DNA of 57,191 bases from Thermodesulfobacteriota bacterium (GTDB lineage: Bacteria > Desulfobacterota > RBG-13-43-22). Location of the stretch: positions 1 to 57,191 of the forward strand of contig JBFMBU010000115.1 of NCBI GenBank assembly GCA_040755035.1, given 5' to 3'. Shown one piece after another: positions 55,563-57,191 of the stretch. The number at the start of each line of letters is the position of its first letter. Position 1 is the stretch's first letter. The translations under genes were made by a program, and so were the position numbers. The notes beneath the pieces are model-generated. The model saw only the letters and a list, made by a program, of their open reading frames with translations. It ran no database searches and had not been told where the DNA came from.

Positions 55563-56299
55563 CAGACTGCCCTCCCGTTTTCATGATCGGAAGCAACCAA
55601 ACCATCCAAGAAACGGATGGTCCTGGCGGCATAGGCGGCCATATCCGCCTCATGGGTGACCATGATGATGGTTATGCCCATTTCCCGGTTTAAGGACAGG
55701 AGCACCTCCATGATTTCTTTGCTCCGGGCCGTATCCAGATTGCCGGTGGGCTCATCGGCCAATAAAACCGCCGGTTGGGTGACAATGGCCCGGGCAATAG
55801 CCACCCGCTGCTGCTGACCGCCGGAAAGCTCTCCCGGTGTATGGGTTTCCCACCCCATCAGACCGACAATATCCAGGGCATTTTTGGCCCGGGTTTGTCT
55901 CTCCGCCGCCGGGGTTCCCCGGTAAATGAGGGGCATTTCGACATTTTCCAGGGCTGATGTCCGGCTTAAGAGATTGTAGCCCTGAAAAACAAAACCAAGG
56001 TAATGACGTCTTAAAAGGGCACGCTGGTTGCGGGCCAGGAGGCCCACGTCAATGCCCTTGAAACTATAAAGTCCGGAGGTCGGTGTGTCCAAGCAGCCCA
56101 GGATATTCATGCAGGTCGACTTGCCCGAACCGCTGGGACCCATGATGGCCACAAACTCCCCTTCCCTGATGGAAAGGTCGATTCCCTTTAAGGCCTCCAT
56201 GGCCGCCTGCCCTTGGCCGTAAACTTTTCTTACCCCTTGAAAAACAATGAGCGGGGCTTTGATTTGATCCTGACTGGTTTGGAGGTCTTCCCGGATCAT
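55562..56299 (-). CDS. MacB/LolD-type ABC ATP-binding protein
   Basis: GPSGSGKST, LSGGQQQRVAIARA, LADEPTGNLD and VTHE. Confidence 0.95.
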   Translation of the reverse strand: MIREDLQTSQDQIKAPLIVFQGVRKVYGQGQAAMEALKGIDLSIREGEFVAIMGPSGSGKSTCMNILGCLDTPTSGLYSFKGIDVGLLARNQRALLRRHYLGFVFQGYNLLSRTSALENVEMPLIYRGTPAAERQTRAKNALDIVGLMGWETHTPGELSGGQQQRVAIARAIVTQPAVLLADEPTGNLDTARSKEIMEVLLSLNREMGITIIMVTHEADMAAYAARTIRFLDGLVASDHENGRAV

Positions 56300-57191
56300 C
56301 GGTCGCCCTTTACCTGATCAACAATTAATTGCATTCCCGGTTTAACTTCACCAGCCGTCACCTCGGTCATGGTTCCGTCGGTTGAGCCGATAGAAATAGT
56401 CAGGGCTGAGGGTTGGCCGTTATTAAGAAAATATACCGTCTGCTGTTTTTTTGTTGAATTTTCATCCGATCTGGATTTGGTCATCGATCTGGGAGGACGG
56501 GGTAGAAGGGAAGTCATCAGTCCTCCTGAGGGTTTCTCCTCCTTTTCCGGGAGCGGCGGGGTGTAGCGAAGGGCCGCCAGGGGGATGAGCACGGCCTTAT
56601 CCACTTTTTTAACCGTAATATCGGCTGTGGCCGTCATGCCCGGTCTCAGGGATAAGTCTGAATTGTTCACCTTCAATACCGTTTCATAAGTTACCACCCC
56701 GGAGACGGTTTTGGATCCAAAACGGGTTTGTTTTATACTTGCCTCATAGGACCGGTCCGAATAGGCGGAAACACGAAAAATGGCCTTCTGCCCTTCCTGG
56801 ACCTGGCCGACATCGGCCTCATCCACATCGACTATCAGCTCCATTTGGGTTAAATCCTCGGCCAGGGTGAATAAAACCGGGGCTTGCAGGGCAGCGGCCA
56901 CGGTCTGGCCGGGCTCCACACTGCGGGTAAGGACCAGGCCGTTGATAGGGGAGCGGATCACCGTCTTGAACAAATCCGTTTCCTGGGCTTTTAAAGTAGC
57001 CCGCGCCTGGGACACCGCAGCCCGGGCGCTGACTTCATCGGCTTTAGCCCGTTCAAAGGCCGCTTCAGCGGTTTGATACTCGGTCAGGGAAGGGACCTTG
57101 TTTTGGCTCAACTCCCGAACGGTCTTGAAGCGCTCCAGTTTGTCCCGGGTTTCTTTCAGGGTAGCCTGAATCTGCAATACTTTCCCCTCCG
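56296..57191 (-). CDS. MacA-type periplasmic adaptor (efflux MFP subunit), 5' end outside the window
   Basis: IRSPINGLV, VEPGQTVAA, VDEADVGQV and LRPGMTA. Confidence 0.92.
   Translation of the reverse strand, partial: EGKVLQIQATLKETRDKLERFKTVRELSQNKVPSLTEYQTAEAAFERAKADEVSARAAVSQARATLKAQETDLFKTVIRSPINGLVLTRSVEPGQTVAAALQAPVLFTLAEDLTQMELIVDVDEADVGQVQEGQKAIFRVSAYSDRSYEASIKQTRFGSKTVSGVVTYETVLKVNNSDLSLRPGMTATADITVKKVDKAVLIPLAALRYTPPLPEKEEKPSGGLMTSLLPRPPRSMTKSRSDENSTKKQQTVYFLNNGQPSALTISIGSTDGTMTEVTAGEVKPGMQLIVDQVKGDR

Overview
This is a ~57 kb bacterial chromosomal segment. Its gene content (hcp, flavodiiron protein, four-subunit pyruvate:ferredoxin oxidoreductase, DsrE2-type protein, PAS/sigma54 activators, beta-oxidation enzymes) fits an anaerobic Desulfobacterota/deltaproteobacterium, which is an inference. 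Core genes (aroF, ybaB-recR-ilvBN-por, yggT/yggU, pstSCAB1B2, rlmB, tRNA-Asn, tRNA-Arg, a MacAB-like exporter) alternate with accessory blocks. Main observations: (1) a RAYT/IS200-like Y1 HUH transposase gene (50029-51030) bounded by 25-bp inverted repeats, which HUH elements are not expected to have, plus a decayed relative next to tRNA-Asn with the same GGGGAC end and the same 35-nt TTGACA-to-start spacing; (2) two parallel sigma54 cassettes (activator, UAS, -24/-12 promoter, small degenerate redox-fold protein, large secreted protein); (3) a PstB pair with complementary motif degeneracy; (4) a GC-rich secreted beta-helix gene with one in-frame amber codon; (5) several genes collapsed by internal deletion; (6) 7-bp and 11-bp tandem arrays; (7) an unannotated 51-aa secreted peptide. 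All family assignments come from motif recognition by eye, with no database searches.
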